Shown piece by piece: positions 1-13,688 of a stretch of 64,000 nucleotides of DNA. Source of the DNA: Chiloscyllium plagiosum (taxonomy: Eukaryota); contig NC_057720.1 in NCBI RefSeq assembly GCF_004010195.1, positions 27,613,410-27,677,409 of the forward strand, read 5' to 3'. The notes beneath the pieces were generated by a model. It ran no database searches. It was not told the origin of the DNA and saw nothing but the letters and a program-made list of their open reading frames with translations. The translations under genes and the position numbers were made by a program. Numbering within the stretch: position 1 is the stretch's first letter; every line of letters starts with the position of its first letter.

Positions 1-506
1 AACCGCCCCGTGGCCCAACATTTCAACTCCCCCTCCCACTCTGCCGAGGACATGGAGGTCCTGGGCCTCCTTCACCGCCGCTCCCTCACCACCAGACGCC
101 TGGAGGAAGAACGCCTCATCTTCCGCCTCGGAACACTTCAACCCCAGGGCATTAATGTGGACTTCAACAGCTTCTTCATTTCCCCTTCCCCCACCTCATC
201 CTAGTTTCAAACTTCCAGCCCGCACTGTCCCCAGACCTGTCCGGACTTGTCCAACCTGCCTAGCTCCTTTTCCACCTATCCACTCCACCCTCTCCTCCCT
301 GACCTATCACCTTCATCTCCTCCCCCACTCACCTATTGTACTCTATGCTACTTTCTCCCCACCCCCACCCTCCTCTAGCTTATCTCTCCACGCTTCAGGC
401 TCTGCCTTTATTCCTGATGAAGGGCTTTTGCCCGAAACGTCGATTTTGCTGCTCATCGGATGCTGCCTGAATTGCTGTGCTCTTCCAGCACCACTGATCC
501 AGAACT
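1..506 (+). mobile_element. 3' end of Penelope-like element, family A: GIY-YIG C-terminus, C-rich UTR and pseudo-LTR
   Basis: ORF 10-204 ends HFNSPSH...EEERLIFRLGTLQPQGINVDF, typical of PLE endonuclease C-termini. It is followed by a pLTR with a hammerhead core. Confidence 0.8.
410..445 (+). ncRNA. Minimal type-I hammerhead ribozyme motif (family A)
   Basis: attc-CTGATGA-A-GGGC-tttt-GCCC-GAAA-CG-TC-gatt. Predicted cleavage after C441. Stem I has one mismatch. Confidence 0.75.
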
Positions 507-1300
507 ACCCTAAATAAGTCCTGCAGTGATGACCTTGAACTGAAGCAACTGGTGTCCTGCAACCACAACCATATTCCTTTGTTGTGGGTGTGACTCCAAC
601 CAGTCATTATAAAGCAATACATGCTGAGACTTGCACTGCTACACTAATTTATTACGGATGGTACTGTGCTTCATTTTATTTCTTCTTGTACTTACATCTC
701 TACCTTAATGTCAGAGAAACAGGGAACTGTTGGAGTGTTATCAAAAGGCAGTGACGATTATAAAAAACACAACAATGTGATATCCACATTAGTCAGAATG
801 TTTATCCAAGAGCAATACAAGTAAGTGCACTGCGTATTGGTTGTGATACATGCTGTGAAGTCTCAGGTTTGCTGTTTTTTTCAGGGTTCGTACATTTGGG
901 CTGATAACACATAGCTTAGCCTGGAATAAGAATGAGAAATCTCCATAGGGTTCTAAGAGACGTTTATTATTGATCTGTATGGAAAAGCATATATCTTTTA
1001 GACATGGTTGAGAAAAGGATTACATTTTGCCATGATGATCCAGCTGCTGAATAGCCTGCCAACAGTCATCACTGATGGTAAACAGAAGGAGCAATGATTA
1101 TATGAAGAAACTGTCACGCTGTGTGTCCCTGCATTTTTGAATGGAGTCTAGAAAATAAGAAAAAGATTTGAATCAAAATGTGTTATGTTCTTTGCATGAT
1201 GTGTAATGTTCCTTGGAAGGGAATTGCCATTTTTTTTCCACAGTTAAAGATTTTACTAGGTGTTCCAAAACTATTTTAATGAGTGTTTCTACTCTCAAAG

Positions 1301-1476
1301 GGGTGCCAGGCAGCGACTACCTGAACGCCAATTACATTGATGGATACAGGAAACAGAATGCCTACATTGCTACGCAGGGCCCACTTCCAGAAACACTCAG
1401 TGACTTCTGGCGAATGGTATGGGAGCAAAGAACCGTCACTATAGTAATGATGACAAGACTAGAAGAGAAATCAAGG
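1301..1476 (+). CDS. PTPRF: PTPRF (LAR) exon, PTP domain D1: (G)[58 protein letters not shown]
   Basis: AG at 1299-1300, GTAAGT donor at 1477. Classic PTP motifs DYxNA, YIATQGP and DFWRMVWEQ. Phase 1 in, phase 0 out. Confidence 0.95.
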
Positions 1477-1964
1477 GTAAGTCATACTGTACTCAGAGGG
1501 TTAATCTAAGTTGGTGTATTTGGCAGTTCTTTGTCACTACAGTAATAAATATTGCACGACCTGCCTTGTCCTGGAGCTCTCAGACATTCAAATGTGTTGC
1601 ACCAGTTATCCAGGGATTAGCTGGAAAACCTCTTGATGCCAAGTGATGCGCTGGAATGACTGAAAGATTCTAAATGTCTGGTAGCTCAGTTGCATAACAT
1701 ACTGCAATCTTGCTACAACTTCAGCTAATGTTGCACCCTTAGAAAACAATGATACATTCTGAAATCCAAAATTATTTACCATGCTTACAGATCAAGTTTC
1801 AAACATTTCCTACCTGGTACCAAGTTACCTGACTAGGATACCCAGCATGGACAGGACAGGCTGAATGGCCCCTAGTGCTGTAAATATTCTATGATCCTAT
1901 ATTGTCATTATACTTATTCAGTTTTTACAGCCATATGCCTGCTGCTCTTGTTTTTCTATTTGTT

Positions 1965-3600
1965 GGAAGTTGCAAGTGCTGTTGAAGGAACCTTGATGAA
2001 TTCCTGCAGCACAACTCGTTCACATGACACACTGTGTGCATTGGTTGCAAAGGAAATTAAAGTTTAGGTTGGTGGATGAGGTCCTGAGCATCTGATCTCT
2101 TGGATACGGTTGGAAGCACACTCATTCAGGCAAGACAGAGGTGAATTACTCTCAGCAGAATTCCCAGCATGTGAGCGCAGTATTTAAATGACTAGTCCAG
2201 TTTAGTGTCTGCTCAATAGTAATACCTAGCATGTTATGGTGGGGGATTCAATGTTGGTCATGACATTGAATGTAAATAGGAGAGGGTTAGATTCTGTGCT
2301 GTTCAGTATGGTCAATGCCTAACATTGTGTGGCATGGCTGTTGTCCAGATCTTACTGCATAACAAAAAGGGCTGCTTCAGTTTCTGAGGTGTTGTGAATT
2401 GTCGTGAACATTGTGCAGTCATCGGTGTACATTGCCAACTCTGATCACTGTTGCAGGAAAGGCCATTGATGTTGCTGACAATAGTTCAGCCTAAAAAAAC
2501 TACCCTGATGTACTCCTACAGCTATCTGGCTGAAGATGATTGCAAATGTTTGAGCCTTGTCTTTTGCACTGATGTGATGGGCTCCCACAGCATCGACAAT
2601 AGGGATATTGAAGGTGTCACTTCCTTCTGTAAGTTATTAATTGCCCACCACTATTCGGTACTGGATGTAACAGAACTGTAGATCTGATCCATCCATTTAG
2701 GCCTATCTATTGCATGCTACATCCACTGTTTGACACTGCTGGTATTGCAACTTCACTTAATTTTTAGTTATGCCCAGTCCTGCACTCAGTATGCCCTCCT
2801 GTACTCTTCATTGAACCAGAGGTGGATCCTTGTCCTCAACGTAATGGTAGAACAAATGCTGGGCCATGAGGATCCTGTTGTAGTTAAATACAATTCTGCT
2901 GCTGTTGGCCACAGGCATGTTCTGACTCAACATATATATTCTGAATTAATCCCATCTAACATGATAGTACCAGCCTCACAACCTGATGGAGGGTATATTC
3001 AGTCTGAGGACAGCCCTTCCATCTAATATGAAGGGTAACGCCTCCCTATACTGTCTTGGATAGATGCATCTATGGCAGTTAGTTTGATAAGGATATGGTC
3101 TAATAACCTTATTCCCCTTGTTGGTTCCTTCACCGTCTTCTGCAGGATAAATTTGGCAGATATATCTTTGAGGTCTCATCTCAATTGGCCAGTAGTGATC
3201 CTACTAAGCCACTCTTACAATGGACGTTGAAGTCTCAACCCAAAGCACATACTGTGCCTTGCCATCTTCAGTGCTTGCTCCAAATATTGGTCAGTATGGA
3301 AGATTAAAAATTCATCAGCTGACAGCGCTAATAATTAAGAGGGTTTTTTTGCCCCTGTATGACCTGGTATCTTGAGAATGGTCAGTAATGAGGATCCCAA
3401 GAGGAAAAATTGCTGCCAATTTTGGCACAAGCCTCCAGAATTTAGTCAGGAAGCCTTTACAGTGTTGACAGGGCTGTGTGTGCTGTTGTTGTTTCCCATG
3501 CCCAACACAATACCAAGTGTATTATTCAATTTTATTCCTTTTGGACTTTACCGCAGCAGTTTGGTACAACTCAGTGACTTTCTAAGCAAGGTCAGAGTGC
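1965..3600 (-). mobile_element. Highly decayed copy of the second LINE family
   Basis: Blockwise homology to 41500-43993, e.g. 2790-2910 vs 43230-43360. Confidence 0.7.
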
Positions 3601-3766
3601 AATTTAGAGTCAAGCAAACCACCCTGGCTCTGAAGTTGCATGTAGACCAGACCAGGTGAGGGTGACAGATTTCTTTCACTCAAGGACATGAAGGAGCCAG
3701 ATGGATTTTCACAACAGTCAGTGGTAATTTCATGACACCATTTTGAAATTAAATTTGATAAAAATT

Positions 3767-4087
3767 GGGGCGGCATGGTGGCTCAGTGGTTAGCACTGCT
3801 GCCTCACAACACCAGGATCCCAGGTTCAAGTCCAGCCTCGGGCGACTGTGTGGAGTTTGCACATTCTCCCTGTGTCTGCATGGGTTTCCTCCGGGTGCTC
3901 CGGTTTCCTCCCACAATCCAAAGATGTGCAGGTCAGGTGAATTTGGCCATGCTAAATTGCTCAGAGTGTTAGGTGCGCTAGTCAGAAGGAAATGGGTCTG
4001 GGTGGGTTACTCTTCAGAGGGTCAGTGTGGACTGGTTGGACCGAAAGGCATGTTTCCACACTGTAGGGAATCTAAAAAAAATCTAAA
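3767..4087 (+). mobile_element. HE1-type tRNA-derived SINE
   Basis: A box TGGCTCAGTGG, B box GGTTCAAGTCC, V-SINE core gggtttcctccgggtgctccggtttcctccc, aatct tail. Confidence 0.85.
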
Positions 4088-6254
4088 TGAAAAGTTAATG
4101 TGTTCAATCTAAATTTCACAGGCTGTTATGGTGAAATTTGAACTCATCCCATGGTCTCTGGCCACCAGTCTAACTACTGTGTCGCTGTCTCCATATTTGA
4201 ATAACTTGAGAGTCTAAATTCGGTTTTTAACTGGTTTTCTGGTTGAGTCCTAAACTCTTGTGAGCATGTCAACCCAGTCAGCAACTATCATAAACTGATG
4301 TGGTAATATCTTTGTTTCTCCTTGAAAGGTACCATTTCGCTACCATTTCTTATTGCCCACATTCAAACTGTAACATTGCAGCATTGACTGCATCAATCAG
4401 TTTAAAAGGACTGAGATAGAAGTAAATTGACATGTTAAGAGTTCATTGTAGTATAGATTTACTTGCATTTTGTGACTTGCCAAAATTGGACCAATGTTCT
4501 GTAAATTACTTGTCAAATCCATAAAAGATCAATTCATTTTAGTCCACTCATTTTTCCCATTGCACTCAAATTATAATCTGAGAGCAAACCACAGCCAACA
4601 CCACACTATAAGGAGCAGCAATCTCTGAACCGACTTGGGATGAAAATAATATTAGTAATTTCTATTTAATTTGTTTTTCTTAACTTGTCTGTAATAGTGT
4701 TGGCTTGGCTGTTCTTTTCTACAAAATGCAAGTTGCAGTAGTGTTGTCAAATTGTAAGTTTGAGGAGCCTAATTCTGATTCATGTATCCATTCTTAAGGA
4801 GATCCCATTAAATTAAACATTGCAAGTCAATCTTGACTAGGCCACTGTACACTTCAAATTGTTCTTTTGCCCTTCCAAGACAATGCTTTTCTTTAAGATT
4901 TGCTAGAAAAAATAAGTGTGTAAACCAGTTTTGCAGTGACTTGCTTTATGTGGGATAAAGACCATAAAAGTGAAAAAGGAAAAATCTATATTATGCACAA
5001 AACCCTATTCACTTTCAGCACTGATGTAAATTGGAATCATTTTTTGAAGGTGACATTTTAATGCTGTTGCAACAGTTTAAAATTAGCTGGTGCAGCAAAA
5101 TACACAAGGGGACATTACAATCTTTAGCCAAGCTCTCTTCATGAACTGCTGCAGGGCATTCCAAGAAAATTCACCGTTGTGACTTGATGAAATCATGTTG
5201 AAAAAATTCTGAATTCTAAAATGTGCCATGCAAGTAAAGAACATATAATAATATGTAAATCAAATAATTAGATATTAAAGCATGTGCTCTTCAGTAGATT
5301 AATAATGTCGTGTTGTATGTCAACAGAGCATATATTATGTAGCCTTTAACATCCTCAAATAATGCATGGTCAGTGAAAATCGATTTTAGTGCGTTATTGA
5401 TTTATTTAAAGCTGAATTGATAGACTCAAAGCTGCAGTCAACATAAATTTATCATACAATGGAATTGTCACTAACAACATATTGAGTACTCTTGGTTTTG
5501 CACTGGTTAAAATAAAAGGGACTGATGAATGTGATGAGCACTCCAAACTATATCTTCTGTTATTTAATTAAACTATTGACTATCATAAAGTGCATAGAAA
5601 ACATTTTGCTAGGCCTCTTAACAATCCTATTGTTTATCAATCACTGAAAAGCACCAATTATCTTTTTTGATTCTTTTCTAAAATTACCAATTCTCTCTGC
5701 ATGAGATTGGAAAGTAGGAAATGAGGAAAATAAGTACCGTTCTGTCAGTTGTAACCCAGGTATTGAAGTTTCACTGCTAATCACTTTGAAATCACATTTT
5801 ATGAAAACTTTGTAATTCCAATACTAGATCCATGAAATTTTCAAAATGAAACTTTTAATTTGATTGAAGGTCTGTGGAGAAGAATGTAATATACATGAAA
5901 TTCACAAGAGTACAATATATACATGAAAGACAATAGAAGTGTTTAACATAGGAAAACATGGGATTAAGTGTACTGGGTCGAGTGTGTTTTTTCCAAAAAA
6001 TGTGTCAGGAAACCAATTTCAATCTATAACTGCTAATTATTTGGAACATTGGGTGAGCAGCCAACCCACTCTCCATGGCATCAGAAAACATGCCGGTGTA
6101 ACAAGGTAAGGACAGCTGTACATGCTCTCCTGATGGACGAGGAGAAGCAGGAATATAACTTCCCAGTTCATCAACCCTCTCTCCCTGAACACCATAACCT
6201 CCCCACCCCTCCAAACAGTTAAACACCTTGGTGATCGTCATTCCTTTCCCCATT

Positions 6255-6360
6255 CAGCTCTGAAGAATTCATATCACTCTCAAAACTTTAATTCTGTTTT
6301 TCTCTCTCCATAGATGCTGTTAAGCCTGCCCAGTTTCTCCAGCATTTTCTCTTTTTATTA
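6255..6360 (+). mobile_element. Old solo PLE pLTR fragment with a decayed hammerhead
   Basis: CTGAAGA at 6260, then gatgctg...cctg...ccagca downstream, as in family A pLTRs. Confidence 0.45.
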
Positions 6361-7767
6361 CCATCCTCTGCATTGGCTAGAATTGTATCCCTACCCTTCA
6401 ATCCCAGGATCAGACAGCGGGTCATTCACCCCTAATTCTCTAAATCAGGCTGATTTACAAGCAGGAAATCTGTCTATCATTGATCATATTTACCATATAA
6501 AAGCAGAATGTATCCACTGTTTGCAAGAGAAAGATGCATTTCAGCCGGAAGTCAGTTTGTCTCTTGTTCATCTTGAGATTACTGGCACGTTCAGAGATAC
6601 ATCACTTTCTCCTGACTAATTTAATAACTTTAGATTTGACCTATAGTATTGAAAATGTTGTGAACACAGTAACTCTTAAGTAAAAATCACAATTTTGCTT
6701 TGTTAATAAAGTTAAACCATTACCTATACCTGCCCTGTTCCTGTTATATTTAACGTGCCTTGTCCTGTTTTTATGTTTATGTCCACTCTTAATTTAACTA
6801 ATAGATTCGTAAGTGTCCTCCTGTCTCCTCCTTCTCAACTTACCAGTGTTTAAGTGTCATATATTCTTTACATTCACTTTTCCATCATGCATTATAAAGG
6901 TGGTACTAATTGTAGAAGATTGGTGTTTGATTAAAAATAAGCTCCCCCTCCACCCTCCCTAAAAAAAGGGCATTATTAACTGAAGTCATAAAAACTTTAG
7001 TTAATTATTGAAACTATTACTTTTTGAAAATTTCCCATACTTTAGAGTAATTGTCTTTTACCTTATTACATACAATATTGGAAAAAAAGGCAAATAGCTC
7101 ATTCTCTGTCTCCTTAATTTAAAGTGACAATGATGCATTACCCAAATTTAACAGGATACTATGTGTGTCTACAACATGCTGTCCAAGTTATGCTGCCTAG
7201 CTGTGGATTCTATCACAGAAATTTGAGATGAAAAATTCCGCATAAAAATTGATTCCTTACCTGTGATTAAGTCACATGAAGAGCTTGTACAGTTTATGGA
7301 TCCTACTTGAGATTATTGGGCAATAGTACCATTAGTCCAGCTTGTAAATGAGTGATGATTCAAAACTTATATTAATTTGTACTAGGAAATGGTACTCATT
7401 TGAAGAGCAGTTTTCGGCATGATAGGCCGAATGGCATAACAGTTCTGTTTTTGTTTAATTAACTCATGGAACATGGGCATCACTAGCTGGCCAGCATTTA
7501 TTGCCTGGCCCTAGTTGCCCTTGAGAAGGTGGTGGTGAGCTGCCTTCTTGAACTATTGCAGTCTGTACATTTTATGTACTTTGCTGTTATGGAATGAATT
7601 CCAGGATTTTACCTTGCAGCACTGAAGGAATTCTGTGATTGCAATAACTGCATGAGAAAAGGCATTCATTTGAATGTGAATTTGTTGGGGCAAATACTTG
7701 TAAATTGGAAGTAAGGTGCAGGAAAATTATGTTCCTTGAGTCAAGGAAGCTACTTGTTCAAAAGGAG

Positions 7768-7892
7768 CCTGAAGAAGGTTACATCCGAACCATTGATTTC
7801 CCTGCCTATTGATGCTGCTTGGCCTGCTATGTTCTTCCAGCCTCCCACTCGTCTACCTTGGATTCCAACATCTGCAGTTTTTGGTCTCTAAC
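7768..7892 (+). mobile_element. Solo PLE pLTR fragment (variant subfamily) with a decayed hammerhead
   Basis: CTGAAGAAGG..CCGAA..gatgctgcttggcctgctatgttcttccagc..gcagttttt..ctctaa. Homologous to 22543-22666. Confidence 0.6.
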
Positions 7893-9135
7893 TGCATAGA
7901 GATCTACAGCATAGAAAAAGGTCCATCAGCCAATCATGTCTGTGCTGACAGTTAGACAGCAGAATGTTTGTGTCCTGCAAGTTGATGCCACACTGGCCCA
8001 GAAATGGACTGCTCTACAAAGTCAGCATAGTGTCAAAAGCCCTTGATCTATTTCTGTAGAGCAGGAATAATTTGCTATTTTTAGCAGTGCCTCTGAAATC
8101 CCTAGCAGAGCTGTGAAAAGACTTTAGCATCTGGTAAACTCTCACACTGACTGTTCCTGAATCCAGTCCCTGCTCCTCCTCACATATGCTAGGTGCTTCA
8201 CTGCATACAGATCCTTCTAGATCACTGTAAAACCTTGAATCCCCACATCTTTCTCCAGTTTCTTTCCCATCTACCTCCGCCCTCTGGAGCTCATCTTGCC
8301 CATTAGACGTGTCCAATGCTTCATCAATGTTGTTAGCAATTTTTTCATTCATCTTCACACCTTCTATCACAATCGCTGTACTTAAAAGAGATTCTTGACC
8401 TTTCATCCTTGTCCTCTCCAAAGTCTTTGTTAATTTTGTTATCTCCTAAATGCGGTGTCCATTTTTCCCAGACCTTCATGTTTGAATTCAAACAATAAGG
8501 TCTCCATTTCTGCCACAGTACAAAACTTTATGTTAACAAATTCATAAGTGACATCTTATGTGACTGTGGTAATCTATCCCACCTTGATTTTCTGCTGCTT
8601 TCTGCAGTCGTTGATATGGCTCACCATAGCAACCTTCTCCAGAGCCTCATACTGTCATGTAGCTGCATGGAGCCTCCACTCACCTGGATCTATTCCAATC
8701 TATCTAGTATTAGCCAGAGAACTACCTGCAATGGTATTTCTTACTGCAATAGCTCCACTACCTCTGGTGTTCCTTAAGAATCTTAATTTGACTTCTTCAG
8801 CCTTCCTTTATCTCATCTATATACTGTCCTTCAATGAATTAAACTGAAGACACAGCACCAAAGTCCATGTATTTGCTGATAGCCTTCAGCTCTCCTTCAC
8901 CTCTGCCTCTCTCAACTGCTCCATCATCTTTCAAGTCCATCACTGACAGGCTGCTAAACCACAATCAAAAATGGGATTTGCAGAAATTTCCTCCGGCTAA
9001 CTGTTCGGGTGACTTCTGGTTCTGTCATCAAGATCATTTCTATTTCCATGAAGAACTTCATCAATGCCTCAGCTCAGTTATTATTGAATACCATCATGCC
9101 TTTGCGACCCCAAGACTTGACTATCCCAACACTCT

Positions 9136-9328
9136 ATGAGAAAATGAGGACTGCAGATGCTGGAGATCAGAGTCGAGAGTGTGGTGCTAGAAAAGCACAA
9201 CCGGTCAGGCAGCATCCAAGGAGCAGGAGAATCGATGTTTCGGGCAAGAAGGGCTTTATCCCAAAACATCGATTCTCCTACTCCGCAGATGCTGCCTGAC
9301 CTGATGTGCTTGTCCAGCACCACACTCT
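9136..9328. mobile_element. Fold-back (inverted pLTR) PLE mini-element, family A
   Basis: Inverted arms centred near 9246. Flanked by ctatcccaacactct (9121-35) and ctatttcaacactct (9329-43). Confidence 0.75.
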
Positions 9329-9876
9329 CTATTTCAACACTCTTCTTGCTGATCCACCTCGCGTCAGCTTAAGGCCCTTCAAAATTCTGCTGTTCCTATC
9401 TTAAGTTCCACCAAGCAACATTCATCTCTCACCTTTGTGTTTCCTGACCCATAATGGCTCCTATTTAGGGAATGCCTTGATTTTGGCTTAGTGATGGGAA
9501 ACCGCTGAAGGTGAGCCATTATGCTAGATGTCAAACTCTGTGGCAGATGAGGGGTGGAAAATGAAATTGTGAAAAAAAAGACAAAGAAAAATACAGAGGG
9601 TAAGATGGCTGTGATGGAAAGATAAAGAATTAGCAGATGGCAGTTTAAGGTGGAGAGGACTGGAGGGAGACCAGCGAAAGGGACCAGGGACTTGTTGGGT
9701 AACTCTAAGTCAATATCATGAATAGGATTTTGGTGCTTGCCACACTTGTGGTGATCGGGTTACCACATTACAAGATATTTTCAATGTTAATAAAACAAAT
9801 TCAGCAGAGGTTTGCAAATAGATTTAAGGTTTTAAAACCTTAGAGTTGATATACTCACAGCTAATGATTTTTTTTT

Positions 9877-10196
9877 AAGATCAGATTCTTTACAGTATGG
9901 AAACAGGCCCTTCGGCCCAAGAAGTCCACATCAGCCATCTGAAGAGTAATCTGCCCAGACCCATTCCCCTACCTTATATTTACCCCTGACTAACACTATG
10001 AGCAATTTAACATGGCCAATTCACCTGGCAAGCACATCTTTGGACTGTGGGAGGAAACCGGAGCACCCGGAGGAAACCCACACAGACATGGGGTGAATGT
10101 GCAAACTCCACACAGACAGTCATCCGAGGTTGGAATTGAACCTAGGTCCCTCGTGCTGTAAGGCAGCAGTGCTAACCACCAAGCCACCATGCTGCT
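9877..10196 (-). mobile_element. HE1-type SINE
   Basis: Reverse-complement homology to 3767-4087. Confidence 0.85.
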
Positions 10197-10264
10197 GCAT
10201 GACTGGAAGATAACTTCAAAACGGTCTTGCAATCCAATGTTTCTACAAAGCTTTTTTTTTTACT

Positions 10265-12575
10265 TACTAATGGGATGTGGGCATCATTGACTAGGCAAAC
10301 ATATATTGTCCATTTCTAATTGCCCTTGGAAAGATGGTGATGAACTGTCTTCTTGAATCATAGCAGTCCCGAGATGTAAGGATACCTAAAGTGTTGTTAG
10401 TAAGGAAGGTGTAGGATTTTGACCCAAAGACAATTAAGGAAAAGCAGTTTTTTTTTATTTTCAGTCATGTCATATTGGAATCGCTGGCTGGCCAGCACTT
10501 ACTGCCTATCCCTAGCTGCTCTTGAGAAGGTGGTGGTAAGCTGCCTTCTTAAATTGCTGCAGTCCATATGCTGTAGCATGACCACAATGCCTTAGGGAAG
10601 GAATTCCAGGATTTTGACCCAGCGACAGTGAACAGACGGTGATATATTTCCAAGTCAGGATGGTTAGAGGCTTTGAAGGGAACTTACTGTTGGTGATCTT
10701 CATCTGTTGCCCTTGTCCTTCTAGATGGAAGTGGTCATGGGTTTGAAAGGCGCTGTCCAAGGCTGTTTGGTGAATTTCTGCAGTGCATTTTGTACTCTGC
10801 TGCTGCTGAGCATCAGTGGTGCAGGGAGTGGAATGCATGGATGTAGTGCCAATCAAGTAGGATGCTTTGTTTTGCATGGTGTCAAGCTTCTTGAGTGTTG
10901 GACCATTCAGGCAAGTGGGGAGTATTCCATCACCTGACTTGTGCCTTGCAGATGGTGGACAGGCTTTGGGGAGTCAGAAGGTGACTTTCCCGCCACAGTA
11001 ATCCTAACTTTTGACCTGCTGTCATAGACACCTGTTTATGTGGCATGTCCAGTTAAGTTTCTGGTCCATGGTGACCCCAGGAATGTTGATAGTGGGGGAT
11101 TCAGTGATGGTAACACCATTGAATATTAAGGGGCAGTGATTAGATTGTCTCTTATTGGAGACAATCGTTGTCTGGCACATTCTGAGTCTTCATGGGATGT
11201 GCTTGTGGAGAGGAACTTGAAGGTGGGGTATTCCAAGGCATCTGCTGCCTTTGATAAGTTGCTGTTGAGAAGAAGTGGTGAGTTGCTGGAGTGCATCCTG
11301 TATATAGTACACAGTGCTGTTACTGAACATTGGTGATAAAAGAAGTGAATGTTAAAGGTAGATGAGGTACCATTCAAGTAAACTGCTTTGTTCTGAATGG
11401 TGTTGCACTTCGTGAGTGTTGTTGGAGTTGCACTAATCCAGGAAGGTGGGGAGCATTCAACTATACTCTTGACTTATGCCTTGTAGATGATTGATGGGTT
11501 GGGGAGACAAGATGAGGTTCTCATCTCAGGTCCTAGTCTTCAAACTTATTTTGTCGCCACAGTATTTATGTAGCTGGTCTACTTCAGTTTCTGGTCAACT
11601 GTAACCAAAGAATATTGGTGATAGAAGATTCAGCAATGTTAATGCCATTAATTGTCAATGATAATTTGGGTTAGATTCTCTCTTGATGGAGGTGGTCATT
11701 GTTTGACACTAGTAAGGCATGAATATTACATGTCATGTAGCTGCCTAGGCCTAAATTTTATCCAGGTCTTGCTGCATATGGACATTGATACTTCAGTATC
11801 AGAAGCATTGCAAATTGTGCTGAACATTGTTCAATCTTCTGTGAGCATCCCCATTTCATACCTTATGATGGAGGGAAGGCCATTGATGACACAGCTGAAA
11901 GTGGTGGGTTCTAGGTCACTACCCTGAGGAACTCCAGCAGTTAAATCCTGGAATGACACGATTAATCTCCAACAAGCACAGCCACTTTGTTTCCGTTAAG
12001 TATGACTCCACCCAAAGGAGAACTTCTACCTTGATTCTCATTGACTACCAATTTTGCTTGATCTTCTTGATTCCATAATTACCAAATGCTGTATTGATGT
12101 CAAGGGCAATCACTTTAACCTCATTGCTGGCGTTCAACTATTTTGTTCAAATTTGGACCAAGGTTGTAATGAGATCAGGAGCTGAATGGCCTTCAGAGTC
12201 TAAAATTAGAATCAGTGAGCAGGTTATGCTTTTCAAGCTTATAAAGCACTGCCAACAGACCCCTTCCATCACTTTGATGATGATTGAAAGTAGACTAATG
12301 GGGCAATAATTAGTTAGATTGGATTTGTTCTGCATTTTATGGACAGGGCACACCTGCACAGTTTTCTACCTTGCCATGTAGATGTCAGTAACGTAACTGT
12401 GCTGGAAGAGTTTGGATAGGACCACGTCTAACTTGGGAACATAAGTCTTCAGTAATATTGTTGGAATGTTGCCAGTTCTCAAAGCTTTTGCAGTATCCAG
12501 TGTCTTCAGCTGTTTCTTGATATTAAATGGAATTAGTCAAGTTGGTTGAATTTGAAGCTGGGGATCTCAGGAGGA
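10265..12575 (-). mobile_element. Second LINE family: two nested 3' fragments (inner copy about 10478-11180)
   Basis: Two 3' tails at 10270 and 10485. QVCPVHK..NYCPISLLSII in the ORF track. Confidence 0.75.
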
Positions 12576-12762
12576 GTTTGTATGTGATTTCAAAAGATGA
12601 TGACAATTTTTTCACTGAAATGTTCTGTGAAATAACTCCACAATAGCCAGTATCCTGTCACTAAGTCACTCTCTATTTACATATGGAGAGTCCGAGTCAC
12701 TGATCCAACTTCTTCAGAGCCAGCTCTCAGAGTGGACAGAACCTCTTGAGACTCCTGTTTAT

Positions 12763-13033
12763 TTATTTTTTTTTATTAACCCCCACACTACCGCCTAACT
12801 GCGGTAGTGCTTATTTTTTCCCCAGCACCCATAGTGTGTGTGTGTAGGTGTGAGACACAGTGAGAGACACAAGGTGCATGAATCTTTATTCAATTTCCAC
12901 CACCAGGAAGATAGGAAAACACCCGAGTGGCCAGTGACAAGCACTGCCCTTCACATCAAAGAGCAGTGCTGTGTGATCAAACAGTGAAGGGGAGGGTAGG
13001 GACTAAATCAAAATAGAGTTGGAGGGGGAACAG
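12763..13033 (-). mobile_element. Poly(A)-tailed retroelement 3' end (L1/Tx1-like) with a 10-bp TSD
   Basis: T-rich left end, which is AATAAA plus poly(A) on the minus strand. TSD tcctgtttat at 12753-62 and 13034-43. Confidence 0.65.
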
Positions 13034-13688
13034 TCCTGTTTATACCTGTCAGCAAGGGCTCCCTGACTGGACCAAATTAATAGTTCCAATCAGGGAACTC
13101 ATATTCTATGAAGTCCACCTAGCTGACCTTGTTACAATCACTACACACACTTCATTCTTCTAAACCCCAGTAAAATAAACCCAATTCCAATTAAACCTGT
13201 TGGACTATAACCTGGTTTTGTGTGATTTTTAACTTTGTACACCCGAGTCCAACACCGGCATCTCCAAATCATGAATACTTTACTGAAGCGTAGCATCCTT
13301 ACTTTTATGTTTAATTCTTCTTATAATAAATGATAGCATTCCAATATAACTTTGTGACTTATGCACTAAAACACCTTGGTCCCTGTGCACCTCTGTGGAG
13401 AAAAAGTTTGCATAGACTTCCTCTAAAAACAAACATATACAAATTATGGTGGCCACATGATTGGGTCATTGCAAGTCTGTTTTATCACCTGTACAATCTG
13501 CCATCTGTTTTTACAGCTAAATTGCCAATATACCTTCTTACACACTATTGTACCAGGAATGCAAACAATAAAATTTATTTTAAAAGATGTAATTCAGGTA
13601 TTTCCCATTCACATTTAGCAAGTCACTAAAGAAAAAAGTGTTTTTCTTAGCATTTGGCTTTGGGAATGTAAGGTTTGAATGTTTAGAA

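Noticed and set aside
3767..3840. tRNA genes at SINE heads
   Set aside because: A/B boxes continue into SINE bodies; no complete cloverleaf recognised.
8014..8421. 135-aa minus-strand ORF
   Set aside because: No recognisable domain or splice context; probably a chance ORF or decayed LINE-derived sequence.
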